From assembly GCF_000015585.1 (NCBI RefSeq), contig NC_008789.1, positions 1,290,001 to 1,322,000 of the forward strand: DNA of 32,000 bases, given 5' to 3'. This document shows positions 18,432 through 27,732 of the stretch, one piece after another. Under the pieces are notes generated by a model that ran no database searches, had not been told where the DNA came from, and saw nothing but the letters and a program-made list of their open reading frames with translations. The translations under genes and the position numbers were made by a program. The DNA is from Halorhodospira halophila SL1 (GTDB lineage Bacteria > Pseudomonadota > Gammaproteobacteria > Nitrococcales > Halorhodospiraceae). Numbering within the stretch: position 1 is the first letter of the stretch; every line of letters starts with the position of its first letter.

Positions 18432-19760
18432 ATGTCCGAAGCCACGATGACCCCGCGCGAGATCGTCCAGGAGCTGGACAAGCACATCGTCGGCCAGGGC
18501 GAGGCGAAGCGCGCCGTGGCCATCGCCCTGCGCAACCGCTGGCGGCGCATGCAGGTCGACGAACCCCTGCGCAGCGAGATCACCCCCAAGAACATCCTCA
18601 TGATCGGCCCCACCGGCGTCGGCAAGACCGAGATCGCCCGGCGGCTGGCGCGGCTGGCGCGGGCACCGTTCATCAAGATCGAGGCGACCAAGTTCACCGA
18701 GGTCGGTTACGTGGGCCGCGACGTCGAGTCGATCATTCGCGATCTCACCGACCTGGCCCTGAAGCTGGTCCGCGAAGAGGCCATGGAGGCGATGCGTCAC
18801 AAGGCCGACCGGGCCGTCGAGGATCGCCTGCTCGACACCCTGCTGCCCGGACCCAGCGGCGGCGGTCCCGAGGACGTGGAGAACCGCACCCGGGAGAAGT
18901 TCCGGCAGAAGCTGCGCAATGGTGAACTCGACGATCGCGAGATCGAGGTCGAGGTCCAGGCCAGCGGCCCCGGCGTGGACATCATGGCCCCGCCGGGGAT
19001 GGAGGAGATGTCCAACCAGCTGCAGGGTCTGTTCCGCAACATGGGCCAGGAGCGGACCCAGCGCCGCAAGCTGACCGTTGCCGAAGCCAAGCGCGTCCTC
19101 CGCGACGAGGAGGCTGCGAAACTGGTCAACGAGGAAGAGGTCAAGGCTGAGGCCGTTCAGCGCGTGGAGGAGCAGGGCATCGTCTTCCTCGACGAGGTGG
19201 ACAAGGTCACCAAGCGTGCCGAGCAGAGCGGCGGGGGGGATGTCTCCCGCGAGGGCGTGCAGCGCGATCTGCTGCCGTTGGTCGAGGGCGCGACGGTCTC
19301 CACCAAGCACGGCATGGTGCGCACCGACCACATCCTGTTCATCGCCTCCGGCGCCTTCCACGTCGCCAAGCCTTCGGACCTGATCCCCGAGCTCCAGGGC
19401 CGGCTGCCCATCCGCGTCGAGCTCGACGCCCTGGGCACCGAGGAGTTCGTGCGCATCCTCACCGAGCCGAGCAGCTCGCTGGTGGCACAGTATCAAGCGC
19501 TGATGGCCGCCGAGGGCTTGACCCTGGAGTTCACCGATGACGGTGTGCGGCGCATCGCCGAGATCGCGCGCCAGGTCAATGAGCGCACCGAAAACATCGG
19601 CGCACGGCGCCTGCACACGGTCATGGAGCGCCTGCTCGAGCAGCTCTCGTACGAGGCGGCTGACCACGGCGGCCAGACCCGCACCGTCGACGCCGCCTAC
19701 GTGGACGAGCACCTGGCCGGACTGGCCGAAGACGAGGATCTGAGTCGGTACATCCTGTAA
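18432..19760 (+). CDS. hslU: ATP-dependent protease ATPase subunit HslU
   Basis: [39 protein letters not shown], Walker [25 protein letters not shown] and [16 protein letters not shown] 18432 lies 4 nt after the hslV stop. 442 aa. Confidence 0.95.
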   Translation: MSEATMTPREIVQELDKHIVGQGEAKRAVAIALRNRWRRMQVDEPLRSEITPKNILMIGPTGVGKTEIARRLARLARAPFIKIEATKFTEVGYVGRDVESIIRDLTDLALKLVREEAMEAMRHKADRAVEDRLLDTLLPGPSGGGPEDVENRTREKFRQKLRNGELDDREIEVEVQASGPGVDIMAPPGMEEMSNQLQGLFRNMGQERTQRRKLTVAEAKRVLRDEEAAKLVNEEEVKAEAVQRVEEQGIVFLDEVDKVTKRAEQSGGGDVSREGVQRDLLPLVEGATVSTKHGMVRTDHILFIASGAFHVAKPSDLIPELQGRLPIRVELDALGTEEFVRILTEPSSSLVAQYQALMAAEGLTLEFTDDGVRRIAEIARQVNERTENIGARRLHTVMERLLEQLSYEAADHGGQTRTVDAAYVDEHLAGLAEDEDLSRYIL

Positions 19761-19806
19761 CCGGCCCATCCGCGACAACCCGCAGGGACGGGTAGGAGAG
19801 GACAGA

Positions 19807-20556
19807 GTGAGCGACGACAACACCACCCACTTCGGCTACCGCGAGGTCCCGCTGGAGGAGAAGGCCAAGCGGGTCGGATCGGTCTTCGATTCGGTGGCGG
19901 ACCGCTACGACTTCATGAACGACCTCATGTCCGGCGGCCTGCACCGTATCTGGAAGCGCCAGACCATCGGGCAGACCTTCCTGCGGCCAGGCCACGAGAT
20001 GCTCGACCTCGCCTCGGGCACCGGCGATCTGGCGAGCCTGGCACTGCCCAAGGTCGGCACCGAGGGCCGGGTGGTGATGAGCGACATCAACCTCTCCATG
20101 CTCGCCCGCGGGCGCGACCGCATGATCGACGAGGGGGTCGGCGAGCAAGCAGCCTGTGTCCTCGCCGATGCCGAGGAACTGCCCTTCCCGGACCGCTCCT
20201 TCGACCGGGTGACCATCGGCTTCGGGCTGCGCAACGTCACCCGCAAGGAGAATGCCCTGGCCGAGATGCGCCGGGTGCTGCGCCCCGGTGGGCGGGCGGT
20301 GATCCTCGAGTTCTCCCACGTCTATGTCTCGGCCCTGCGACCCCTCTACGATCTCTACTCCTTCCGCATCATGCCGATGATGGGCAAGCTGGTGGTCAAC
20401 GACTCGGAGAGCTACCGCTACCTGGCCGAGTCGATCCGCATGCACCCGGAGGCCCCGGCACTCAAGGAGATGATGGAGGACGCCGGCTTCGAGGACTGCG
20501 ACTACACGCTGCTCACCGCCGGGGTGGCTGCCATCCACACTGGCTGGGTCTACTGA
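19807..20556 (+). CDS. ubiE: Demethylmenaquinone/ubiquinone C-methyltransferase UbiE
   Basis: GTG start after AGGAGAGG. THFGYREVPLEEKAKRVGSVFDSVADRYDFMNDLMSGGLHRIWKR and SAM motif LDLASGTGD. Colinear with E. coli UbiE. 249 aa. Confidence 0.93.
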   Translation: MSDDNTTHFGYREVPLEEKAKRVGSVFDSVADRYDFMNDLMSGGLHRIWKRQTIGQTFLRPGHEMLDLASGTGDLASLALPKVGTEGRVVMSDINLSMLARGRDRMIDEGVGEQAACVLADAEELPFPDRSFDRVTIGFGLRNVTRKENALAEMRRVLRPGGRAVILEFSHVYVSALRPLYDLYSFRIMPMMGKLVVNDSESYRYLAESIRMHPEAPALKEMMEDAGFEDCDYTLLTAGVAAIHTGWVY

Positions 20557-20569
20557 AGACGCCGACGCC

Positions 20570-21148
20570 ATGCTCGACGCCCTGATCAATCGCTGGATCC
20601 AGCTGGATCCCGACGCCGCCGAATTGCTGGCCCCGCTGCTTGGCCGGCGGGTGCGTCTGAGCGTGGAGGGTTTCCCGCAGATCGTCGTGCGCTTCTCCGA
20701 GGCCGGGGTCTCCCTCTGTGGCAGCGGAGCCGACGCCGACGCGGAGATCGACGCCGAGGTCAGCGCCAGTCGCGAGGCGCTCGGCGCGCTGCTGACCCAG
20801 GGCGGGGACGCTGTCGGGCGGCTGCGCATCCGCGGCGAAGTGGCGGTGGTCGAGCACCTGCGCAACCTGGTCAGTTGCCTTCGCCCGGACTGGCAGGAGC
20901 CGCTGGCGCGGCTGCTGGGTGATCCCCTGGCGCAGTGGAGCGCCGACACCCTGCGCAGCACCGGCCGCTGGCTGAGCGACAGCGCCCGGCAGGGCGCCAG
21001 CGACCTCGGCGAGTGGCTGACCGAGGAGTCCGGCCTGGTGCCGGAGCCCCAGCGCGCCCGCGCCTTTCTCGAGGAGGTCGATCACCTGCGCGCCGACGCT
21101 GATCGGTTGGCCGTGCGCATCCAGCGGCTCGAAAGAGGGCGGGGATGA
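20570..21148 (+). CDS. ubiJ: Ubiquinone biosynthesis accessory factor UbiJ (SCP2 domain)
   Basis: 192 aa with an SCP2-like N-terminal domain ([30 protein letters not shown]) and a coiled C-terminus. It lies between ubiE and ubiB, as E. coli yigP/ubiJ does. The assignment rests mostly on position and general family features. Confidence 0.7.
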   Translation: MLDALINRWIQLDPDAAELLAPLLGRRVRLSVEGFPQIVVRFSEAGVSLCGSGADADAEIDAEVSASREALGALLTQGGDAVGRLRIRGEVAVVEHLRNLVSCLRPDWQEPLARLLGDPLAQWSADTLRSTGRWLSDSARQGASDLGEWLTEESGLVPEPQRARAFLEEVDHLRADADRLAVRIQRLERGRG

Positions 21149-22806
21149 TCGGACCGCGTCGCCTGTTGCGCCTGACCCGGATCCAGTTGGTGATGCTCCG
21201 CAACGGCGTCGACGACGTCGTCCTCGCCGCACCCATCTTCCGCCCGCTGCGCTTCCTGGTGATCTTCATGCCCTGGCGCTGGATACGGCGCAAGGTGCCC
21301 CGGGGGGTCCGGGTCCGGCGCGCCCTCGAGGAGCTGGGACCGATCTTCGTCAAGCTCGGGCAGATCCTCTCCACCCGCCAGGATCTACTCCCCACCGACG
21401 TCGCCCGGGAGCTGGCACGACTTCAGGACCGGGTGCCACCGTTCCCCCACGAGGATGCCCGGCGCATCGTCGAGCGGACCTACGGGTGTCCGATCGAAGA
21501 GGTCTTCGCCCATTTCGACGACACCCCCATCGCCTCGGCCTCCATCGCCCAGGTCCACGGCGCCCAGCTGCACGACGGCAGCGAAGTGGTGGTGAAGGTG
21601 GTACGCCCGGGCATCCCGGCGGTCATCCGCCGTGACCTGGATCTGCTCCACACGGCCGCCGCCCTGGCCGAGCGCTACGTCCCCGATGCCCGTCGACTGC
21701 ACCCGGTGGACGTTATCCGCGAGTTCGAGAAGAACCTCTACGACGAGCTCGACCTCATGCGCGAGGCGGCCAACGCCTCGCAGCTGCGGCGCAACTTCGA
21801 GGGCTCGGAGCTGCTCTATGTCCCGGCCGTCTACTGGCGCTACACCGGGCGGAACGTGATGGTCATGGAGCGGGTCCACGGCCTGCCGATCAGCGACATG
21901 GAGGCCCTCAAGGCCCACGGTATCGACCTCAAGAAGCTCGCCGAGCGCGGCACGGAGATCTTCTTCACCCAGGTCTTCCGCGACAGCTTTTTTCACGCGG
22001 ATATGCACCCGGGAAACATCTTCGTCGATCCCACGCGGCCCACCGAGCCGCGTTACATCGCCATCGACTTCGGCATCATGGGCTCGCTGGCCCCCACCGA
22101 TCACCACTACCTGGCCGGCAACTTCATGGCCTTCTTCAACCGCGATTACCGGCGGGTAGCGGAACTGCACGTGGAGTCGGGCTGGGTACCGGCCGGGACC
22201 CGTGTCGAGGAGTTCGAAGCGGCCATCCGGACCGTCTGCGAACCGGCCTTCGCCCGGCCGCTGCACGAGATCTCCTTCGCTCAACTGCTGCTGCGGCTGT
22301 TCCAGACCGGGCGACGATTCAACATGGAGGTGCAGCCCCAGCTGGTGCTGCTGCAGAAGACCCTGCTCAACATCGAGGGGCTCGGTCGCAACCTCTACCC
22401 GGACCTGGACCTGTGGACCACCGCCAAGCCGTTTCTCGAGCGCTGGATGCGTGAGGAGCTGGGTCCGGCGGCGGCACTGCGCAACATCCGCAAGCAACTG
22501 CCGGAGTGGGGGGATAAGCTCCCGGAGCTGCCCAACCGGATCGACCGCGGGCTGGACGACCTGGCCAGCATGCGTGTGGAACTCCACCGCCACTGCCAAG
22601 AGATGGAACAGCTACGCCGGGAGGTGGATCGCGGCAATCGACGGGTCTACGCCGCCATCGCCGGTGCCGCGCTGATTATCGCCGCGGTCCTGACCCAGAC
22701 CGGCGAGGCGCCTCTGGAGGCGTGGGCCGAGGTGCCCCCCGCCACCTGGGGCCTGGGCGGACTGGGGCTGCTGGCCCTGATCCTCGCCCTGCCGTGGCGG
22801 CGCTGA
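21145..22806 (+). CDS. ubiB: Ubiquinone biosynthesis atypical kinase UbiB (ABC1/ADCK family)
   Basis: The ATG overlaps the ubiJ stop (ATGA). Motifs [38 protein letters not shown] and [13 protein letters not shown], plus C-terminal TM segments. 553 aa. Confidence 0.93.
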   Translation: MIGPRRLLRLTRIQLVMLRNGVDDVVLAAPIFRPLRFLVIFMPWRWIRRKVPRGVRVRRALEELGPIFVKLGQILSTRQDLLPTDVARELARLQDRVPPFPHEDARRIVERTYGCPIEEVFAHFDDTPIASASIAQVHGAQLHDGSEVVVKVVRPGIPAVIRRDLDLLHTAAALAERYVPDARRLHPVDVIREFEKNLYDELDLMREAANASQLRRNFEGSELLYVPAVYWRYTGRNVMVMERVHGLPISDMEALKAHGIDLKKLAERGTEIFFTQVFRDSFFHADMHPGNIFVDPTRPTEPRYIAIDFGIMGSLAPTDHHYLAGNFMAFFNRDYRRVAELHVESGWVPAGTRVEEFEAAIRTVCEPAFARPLHEISFAQLLLRLFQTGRRFNMEVQPQLVLLQKTLLNIEGLGRNLYPDLDLWTTAKPFLERWMREELGPAAALRNIRKQLPEWGDKLPELPNRIDRGLDDLASMRVELHRHCQEMEQLRREVDRGNRRVYAAIAGAALIIAAVLTQTGEAPLEAWAEVPPATWGLGGLGLLALILALPWRR

Positions 22807-22817
22807 ACCGCCACGGC
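22791..22817. terminator. Perfect 10-bp hairpin spanning the ubiB stop codon, between convergent genes
   Basis: GCCGTGGCGG-CGCTGAA-CCGCCACGGC. The loop contains the ubiB TGA (22804-22806). The right arm ends 8 nt before the stop of the minus-strand DJ-1 gene. There is no U-tract on either side. Confidence 0.35.
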
Positions 22818-22825
22818 AGGCCCGC

Positions 22826-23392
22826 TCAGTAGCGCTGGTGGGACAGCGGGCGTTGCAGGGCCCCCTCGACCTCCGCAGCCTTCTCGTCGCCGTAGACCAC
22901 CTCGATCAGGCGCAGGGCAAAGTCCATCGCTGTGCCCGGCCCGCGCGAGGTGATCAGGTTGTCGTCGATCACCACCGCGCTGTCCTCCGGCTCGATGCCG
23001 TGGCGCTCGAGCTGCGTGGGGAAGGCGGTGGCGCGACGCCCCTGCAGGACCCCTACCTCGGCGAGCACACGCGGCGCTGCGCAGATGGCGGCGATCCAGC
23101 CGCCGCGCTCGTTCTGCGCCTGCAGCATGCGGGCGATGCGCGCATCCCCCTCGAGCCGCTCGGCGCCGCCGAGCCCGCCGGGCAGCACGATCAGGTCGAA
23201 GGTCTCCTCCACGACCCTGTCCAGCTCGGTATCCGGGACCAGTTGAACCCCGCGGCTGGCGCGCACCGTGCCCGATTCCAGGCCGGCGACCACCACCTCG
23301 GCACCGGCCCGACGCAGCAGGTCGATCACCGTGACCGCCTCCAGCTCCTCACAGCCGTGGGCCAGCGGAACCAGAACTCGTACACTCATCAT
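22826..23392 (-). CDS. DJ-1/PfpI (YajL/ThiJ-like) family protein
   Basis: VRVLVPLAHGCEELEAVTVIDLLRRAG, DLIVLPGGLGGA and nucleophile-elbow AAICAAPRVL. 188 aa. The ATG overlaps the yibQ stop. Confidence 0.85.
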   Translation of the reverse strand: MMSVRVLVPLAHGCEELEAVTVIDLLRRAGAEVVVAGLESGTVRASRGVQLVPDTELDRVVEETFDLIVLPGGLGGAERLEGDARIARMLQAQNERGGWIAAICAAPRVLAEVGVLQGRRATAFPTQLERHGIEPEDSAVVIDDNLITSRGPGTAMDFALRLIEVVYGDEKAAEVEGALQRPLSHQRY

Positions 23393-24207
23393 CGATCTCC
23401 CTTTAACGGATCGGTGGCCGGTTCATCAACCAACTCGCTAGCGGGCACCAGGGCCACACCCCGCTCGCGAAGCCGCGGCAATTCCTCTTCGAGCAGATCC
23501 AGGGTCTCCGGGTAGGGATGACCAATGGCGATCGCCCCATCGCCCTGTTGTGCCAGCGTCACGAAGCGCTCGAATTGCTCGGCGATGACCTCGGTGTCGC
23601 GCCGAGGATCGAGGAAGACGTGGCGCACGGCGTTGTCCACGCCGTGCTCCTCGGCCATCTGCTGTGCCACCGAGCGCGCCGAGGTGCGACTGTCGATGAA
23701 GTAGAGATCTTCGCGTGCTGCCAGTTCCTCCATCAACCAGGTCATATGCCCGGGATGACGGGTGATCAGACTACCCATGTGGTTGTTGACGCCGGCGGCG
23801 TGGGGCACGCTTTTCAGCGCGCGAGCGATGGTCTTCCGGACCTGTTCCTCATCCATGTCGAGGAACAGCGCCCCGGGGCCGGGGTCAGCGCCGTTCTTCG
23901 CCTCCATGGGCAGGTGAAGCATCACCTCGTGACCGCGCTCATGGGCGCGCTCCGCGAGGCTTCGGCCGTGGGGGGTGTGCGGCAGCACCGAGATGGTCAC
24001 GCCTTCGGCCAGATCGATGCTACGGACGCCCGCCGCCCAGTCGTCGCCGATATCGTCGATGATCAACGCCGCCGGCCGACCCGCGGGGGGGTCTACCTCC
24101 GGCGTGGGGAACGGCATCCACTCCGCGCCCCCGGGGTCCTGCGCCAACGCCGGCGCACTCCAAAGCAGCAGCAGGCCGGCAACCAACCATCGACGGATCC
24201 CCCACAC
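23389..24207 (-). CDS. yibQ: Divergent polysaccharide deacetylase family protein (YibQ)
   Basis: Signal-anchor WLVAGLLLLWSAPALA, then ALIIDDIG, SVLPHTPHG, HEVMLHLPME and GVNNHMGS (YibQ/DUF610 pattern). I prefer GTG 24207, 1 nt after the ctpA stop. The track's ATG at 24324 would overlap ctpA by 116 nt with an Arg-rich extension. Confidence 0.78.
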   Translation of the reverse strand: MWGIRRWLVAGLLLLWSAPALAQDPGGAEWMPFPTPEVDPPAGRPAALIIDDIGDDWAAGVRSIDLAEGVTISVLPHTPHGRSLAERAHERGHEVMLHLPMEAKNGADPGPGALFLDMDEEQVRKTIARALKSVPHAAGVNNHMGSLITRHPGHMTWLMEELAAREDLYFIDSRTSARSVAQQMAEEHGVDNAVRHVFLDPRRDTEVIAEQFERFVTLAQQGDGAIAIGHPYPETLDLLEEELPRLRERGVALVPASELVDEPATDPLKGDR

Positions 24208-24208
24208 G

Positions 24209-25456
24209 TCAGCGCCCCTCGAACACGCGCAGCCCCTTGAGCAGGTTGAGCGCCTCGCTGAGCACATAGTCATCCTTGGCCAGCTCCGCCGCCTCTTCGG
24301 CGTCCTCGGCATCCTCGGGCGCATCCAGGACCCCCTCCGCCCCGCGGTCTTCGGTCTCCGTCAGACGCAGATTGTCGACGACAATATCCGGCTGGATCCC
24401 CTCGTCCTGGATCGAGCGCCCATCGGGCGTGTAGTACCGGGCGGTGGTCAGCTTCATGGCGGCCCCGTCGAGGGGCAACACACTCTGCACCGACCCCTTG
24501 CCGAAGCTGGCCCGACCCATGATCACGGCACGCCGGTGATCCTGCAGGGCCCCGGCGACGATCTCGGAGCCCGAAGCCGAGCCCCGATTGATCAGCACCA
24601 CCATCGGCGCACCTCGGGCCCGATCCACCGGAGTGGCGTCGAAGCTCATGCGCGCCTGACGCATGCGCCCCTCGGTGTAGACGATCCGGCCCTCGGTCAG
24701 GAAGGCGTCCGCCACCGCCACGGCCGGATCGAGGACCCCGCCCGGGTTGTTGCGCAGATCGAGGATAAGGCCGTCGAGGGCACCATCGGCCTCTTCGAGC
24801 AGGCGGTCCAGGGCGGGGTAGAGGTCGCTGGCGGTGCGCTCCTGGAACTGGCTGATACGCACGTAGCCGTAACCCGGCTCGAGCATCCGGGCGCGCACGC
24901 TCTCCACCTGGATGGTGTCGCGCTCGAGTTCGAGGGTACGGGTCCGGCCCTCGTCCTCCGTTCGTCTGATGGTCACCTCGACGACGCTGCCCGGCTCACC
25001 GCGCAGGCGCTGCACCACCTCGTTGAGGCTGGCCCCCCGCACGGTGTCGCCGTCGATGCGCAGGAGGACGTCACCGGCCTGCAACCCCGCCCGGCTGGCC
25101 GGGGTGTCATCGATGGGCGCGACCACGCGGATTTCGTCGTCCTGGCGGCTCAGCTCCAAGCCCACGCCGCCGAACTCGCCACGGGTGCCCTCGCGCAGCT
25201 GCTCGAGTTCATCCTCGTCGAGGTAGCTCGAGTGGGCATCCAGCTCCGAGAGCATCCCGCGGATCGCCGCCCGGAACAGATCCGCGTCATCCACCTCATC
25301 CACGTAGTCCCGCTTGATCCGACTGTAGACCTCGCTCAGCAGCTCCAGCTCCGCCATGGGCAGGTCGTCTTCGGCCTCCGCCGGCGAATCGGCGACGGCC
25401 GGGCCGACGAACAGCGCAAGCAGGGCGGCGGCCAGGGTCAGGCTCCAGGATTGCAT
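24209..25456 (-). CDS. ctpA: Carboxy-terminal processing protease (S41, CtpA/Prc-like)
   Basis: Signal peptide, PDZ region (GGVGLEL...PIDDTPASRAGLQAGDVLLRIDG), catalytic LINRGSASGSEIVAGALQD (Ser) and GRASFGKGSVQ (Lys). 415 aa. GAAGGAG RBS. Confidence 0.9.
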   Translation of the reverse strand: MQSWSLTLAAALLALFVGPAVADSPAEAEDDLPMAELELLSEVYSRIKRDYVDEVDDADLFRAAIRGMLSELDAHSSYLDEDELEQLREGTRGEFGGVGLELSRQDDEIRVVAPIDDTPASRAGLQAGDVLLRIDGDTVRGASLNEVVQRLRGEPGSVVEVTIRRTEDEGRTRTLELERDTIQVESVRARMLEPGYGYVRISQFQERTASDLYPALDRLLEEADGALDGLILDLRNNPGGVLDPAVAVADAFLTEGRIVYTEGRMRQARMSFDATPVDRARGAPMVVLINRGSASGSEIVAGALQDHRRAVIMGRASFGKGSVQSVLPLDGAAMKLTTARYYTPDGRSIQDEGIQPDIVVDNLRLTETEDRGAEGVLDAPEDAEDAEEAAELAKDDYVLSEALNLLKGLRVFEGR

Positions 25457-25483
25457 CGCAGCTCCTTCATTGGGCGGGCGTAC

Positions 25484-26632
25484 TCAGCGTAGCCAATTCA
25501 GCGGGTTGCGTGGCTCGGCACCCTCGCGGATCTCGAAGTACAGCCCGGCATCCCGGCGGCTGCCGCTGTTGCCCACGGTGGCCACCAGATCACCGGCCTC
25601 CACCCACTCTCCGACGTCCACATACAGCGACTCGGTGTGGCCGTAGAGCGTGAGATAGCCATCGCCGTGGTCAATAATGGCCAGCAGTCCCAGGCCACGC
25701 AACCAATCACTAAAGACCACACGGCCTGGCGCCACCGCGTGCACCTCGTCCCCGGTCTCGGCGGCGATCACCACGCCGGTGCGCTCCAGTCCGCCGCCGC
25801 GGGCTTCACCAAACGACTCGTCCACTTCGCCATCCACCGGCCACGGCAGGTTGCCCCGGGATTCGCCAAAGGCCTCCACCTCAGCCGCCTCGTCGGGCAC
25901 GTCCGCCAGCCGCTGACGCAGATCCTCAAGCAGCGCTTCCTGCTCGGCCACTTCGGCCTCCAGGGACTCCGCCTCGGCATCCCGCTCGGCAATCCGCGCC
26001 TCCAGCTCCTCGCGCCGGGCGTCACGCTCGGCGCGCTGTTCGGCCAAGGATTCACGCTCTTCCCGGGTCGCTTCCTCCAGACGTTCAAGCTCAGCGAGTT
26101 CTTCCCGAAGCTCCTCGCGCAGGGCGGCCAGGCTCTCCAGTTCGGCCATGGCCGCCTCAATGTGTCCGGCCCGCGCCTCGTTGAAATAGTCGTGGTAGAC
26201 CAAAAGACGCTGGGCGCCGGCCGGATCCTGTTGGTTGAGCAGCAGACGCAACGGATCGTCGCCGCCACTGACGTAGGCGGCGACGATCTGCTCGGCCAGG
26301 GTCTCGCGGTGGCGGCCCAGGCGCTCGGCCTCCTCGGCATAATCCTCGCGCAACTCGGCCACGCGGCCCCGGGCTTCGGCACGCTCCGCGCGCAGGCGCT
26401 CCAGCTCGCGAGTGGCCTCGGAGACCTGGCGTTCGAGCTGCGACAGCGCCTCCTCGACCTCATCGCGCGCGGCACGGTCGGCGGCGAGATCCTCCTGGAT
26501 CGCCTCCAGATCATCACGCAGGGCCTCGAGCTGTTCGCGCTCGCGCTCGTAGTCCGCCGACACCCCCCCGGCCAGCGCCATCAGCACGACGCCGAACATT
26601 GGGCCCGTGATCAGCCGTCGCCTCGCGGCCAT
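25484..26632 (-). CDS. envC: Murein hydrolase activator EnvC-like (coiled coil plus degenerate LytM/M23 domain)
   Basis: ATG 26632 follows GGAGAGGGG. Signal peptide, then about 230 aa of Glu/Arg/Leu-rich coiled coil, then a C-terminal M23 fold (IIDHGDGYLTLYGH, GNSGS, LYFEIR). The metal-ligand His residues are replaced (GVVIAA instead of HxGxD, YFEIR instead of HFEIR), as in E. coli EnvC. Confidence 0.82.
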   Translation of the reverse strand: MAARRRLITGPMFGVVLMALAGGVSADYEREREQLEALRDDLEAIQEDLAADRAARDEVEEALSQLERQVSEATRELERLRAERAEARGRVAELREDYAEEAERLGRHRETLAEQIVAAYVSGGDDPLRLLLNQQDPAGAQRLLVYHDYFNEARAGHIEAAMAELESLAALREELREELAELERLEEATREERESLAEQRAERDARREELEARIAERDAEAESLEAEVAEQEALLEDLRQRLADVPDEAAEVEAFGESRGNLPWPVDGEVDESFGEARGGGLERTGVVIAAETGDEVHAVAPGRVVFSDWLRGLGLLAIIDHGDGYLTLYGHTESLYVDVGEWVEAGDLVATVGNSGSRRDAGLYFEIREGAEPRNPLNWLR

Positions 26633-26759
26633 GCCCCTCTCCACTGCCTTGCCACCAGGCGCCCATGGTACCGCGATCACGCCGCTCAGACCTGCAGGCA
26701 CCGCGGACGGCTGGTATCATCCCCGGCTTGATCCCGGTGACAGAGGCACGGCAGCGTCC

Positions 26760-27200
26760 ATGCAGGAATTCCTCGAATTCGCACAGAACAACTGGGGCCT
26801 GGTCCTGGCCTTCGTGCTGATCCTCGGCTGGTGGATCGGCGGTGAGCTCTTCCACTGGTATAGCGGTGTGAAGATGATCGACGCCGAGACCGCCACGCGG
26901 ATGTACAACCGCGAGTCGGCCCGGTTCATCGACATGCGCCCGCGCAAGGAGTTCGACGGCGGTCATCTGCCCGGCGCCTTCAGCCTGCCCGAGGCGGAGT
27001 TTGATCAGCTGATCGACAAGCTACGCAAGGAGACGGCCGATGACCCGCCGCTGATTGTCTACGATGATCAGGGGCCGCAGGCCGCGCGCGTCGGGCGCAA
27101 GCTGCGCAAGGCCGGATTCTCCCGCGTCTATCGGCTCAAGCACGGGTTGCGGGCCTGGCAGGGCAGCGGGTACCCGATGGAGAACGTCAAGAAGGGGTAA
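26760..27200 (+). CDS. yibN: Membrane-anchored rhodanese-domain protein (YibN-like)
   Basis: MQEFLEFAQNNWGLVLAFVLILGWW (TM), then a rhodanese fold (FIDMRPRKEFDGGHLPGA..., LKHGLRAWQ). Its position upstream of secB-gpsA and divergent from envC matches E. coli yibN. The active-site loop reads IVYDDQGPQ, with no Cys. The track's start at 26607 would overlap the envC N-terminus. Confidence 0.78.
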   Translation: MQEFLEFAQNNWGLVLAFVLILGWWIGGELFHWYSGVKMIDAETATRMYNRESARFIDMRPRKEFDGGHLPGAFSLPEAEFDQLIDKLRKETADDPPLIVYDDQGPQAARVGRKLRKAGFSRVYRLKHGLRAWQGSGYPMENVKKG

Positions 27201-27206
27201 GGGACC

Positions 27207-27728
27207 ATGGCAGAGAACAACGGCAACGGCAGCACCGGCGCCGCCGACACGGGCCAGCGGCAGCGGTTTCAGATCGCCAAGATGTACCTGCGGGATGTCT
27301 CCTTCGAGGCGCCCGGCGCCCCGGAGGCGTTCCGCGATGAGTGGAAGCCGCAGATGGACGTGGAGCTGGGTACCCGGCACCAGCCGCTGGGCGAGAACAC
27401 CTACGATGTGGTCCTCACCATCACCGTGACCGCGCGCAACAACGAGCGCACGGCCTACCTCTGCGAGGTCAAGCAGGGCGGGGTCTTCCGCCTCGAAGGC
27501 TTCCCCGAGGCCGACATGGAGCGCGTCCTCGGGGCCTACTGCCCCGCGCAGCTCTTCCCCTTCGCCCGCGAGGCGATCAACGACCTGGTGGTCAAGGGCG
27601 GCTTCCCGCAGCTGCTGCTGGCACCGGTCAATTTCGAATCCCTGTATCAGCAGCAGAAGCAGCGTCGCGAGCAGGGCACCAGCGACAGTGCCCCGTCCGG
27701 CAGCCCGGACAACGGGGGGAGGCAGTAA
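27207..27728 (+). CDS. secB: Protein-export chaperone SecB
   Basis: FQIAKMYLRDVSFEAPGAPEAF, VVLTITVTA, YLCEVKQGGVFRLEG, CPAQLFPFAREAINDLVVKGGFPQLLLAPVNFE and an acidic/Gln-rich tail. 173 aa. Confidence 0.93.
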   Translation: MAENNGNGSTGAADTGQRQRFQIAKMYLRDVSFEAPGAPEAFRDEWKPQMDVELGTRHQPLGENTYDVVLTITVTARNNERTAYLCEVKQGGVFRLEGFPEADMERVLGAYCPAQLFPFAREAINDLVVKGGFPQLLLAPVNFESLYQQQKQRREQGTSDSAPSGSPDNGGRQ

Positions 27729-27732
27729 CGCC

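Noticed and set aside
24208-24324. Longer yibQ start (ATG 24324) overlapping ctpA by 116 nt.
   Set aside because: The extra 39 aa are Arg-rich and precede the obvious signal-anchor. GTG 24207, right after the ctpA stop, gives a normal N-terminus. The longer form cannot be formally excluded without experimental data.
26607-26759. Extended N-terminus for the yibN-like rhodanese, and similarly 26633-26701 for envC.
   Set aside because: The extensions would make the two divergent genes overlap each other's 5' ends and add non-hydrophobic, Pro/Gly/Arg-rich sequence ahead of clear signal or TM segments. The internal ATGs give canonical N-termini, and envC's ATG at 26632 also has a clear GGAGAGGGG RBS.
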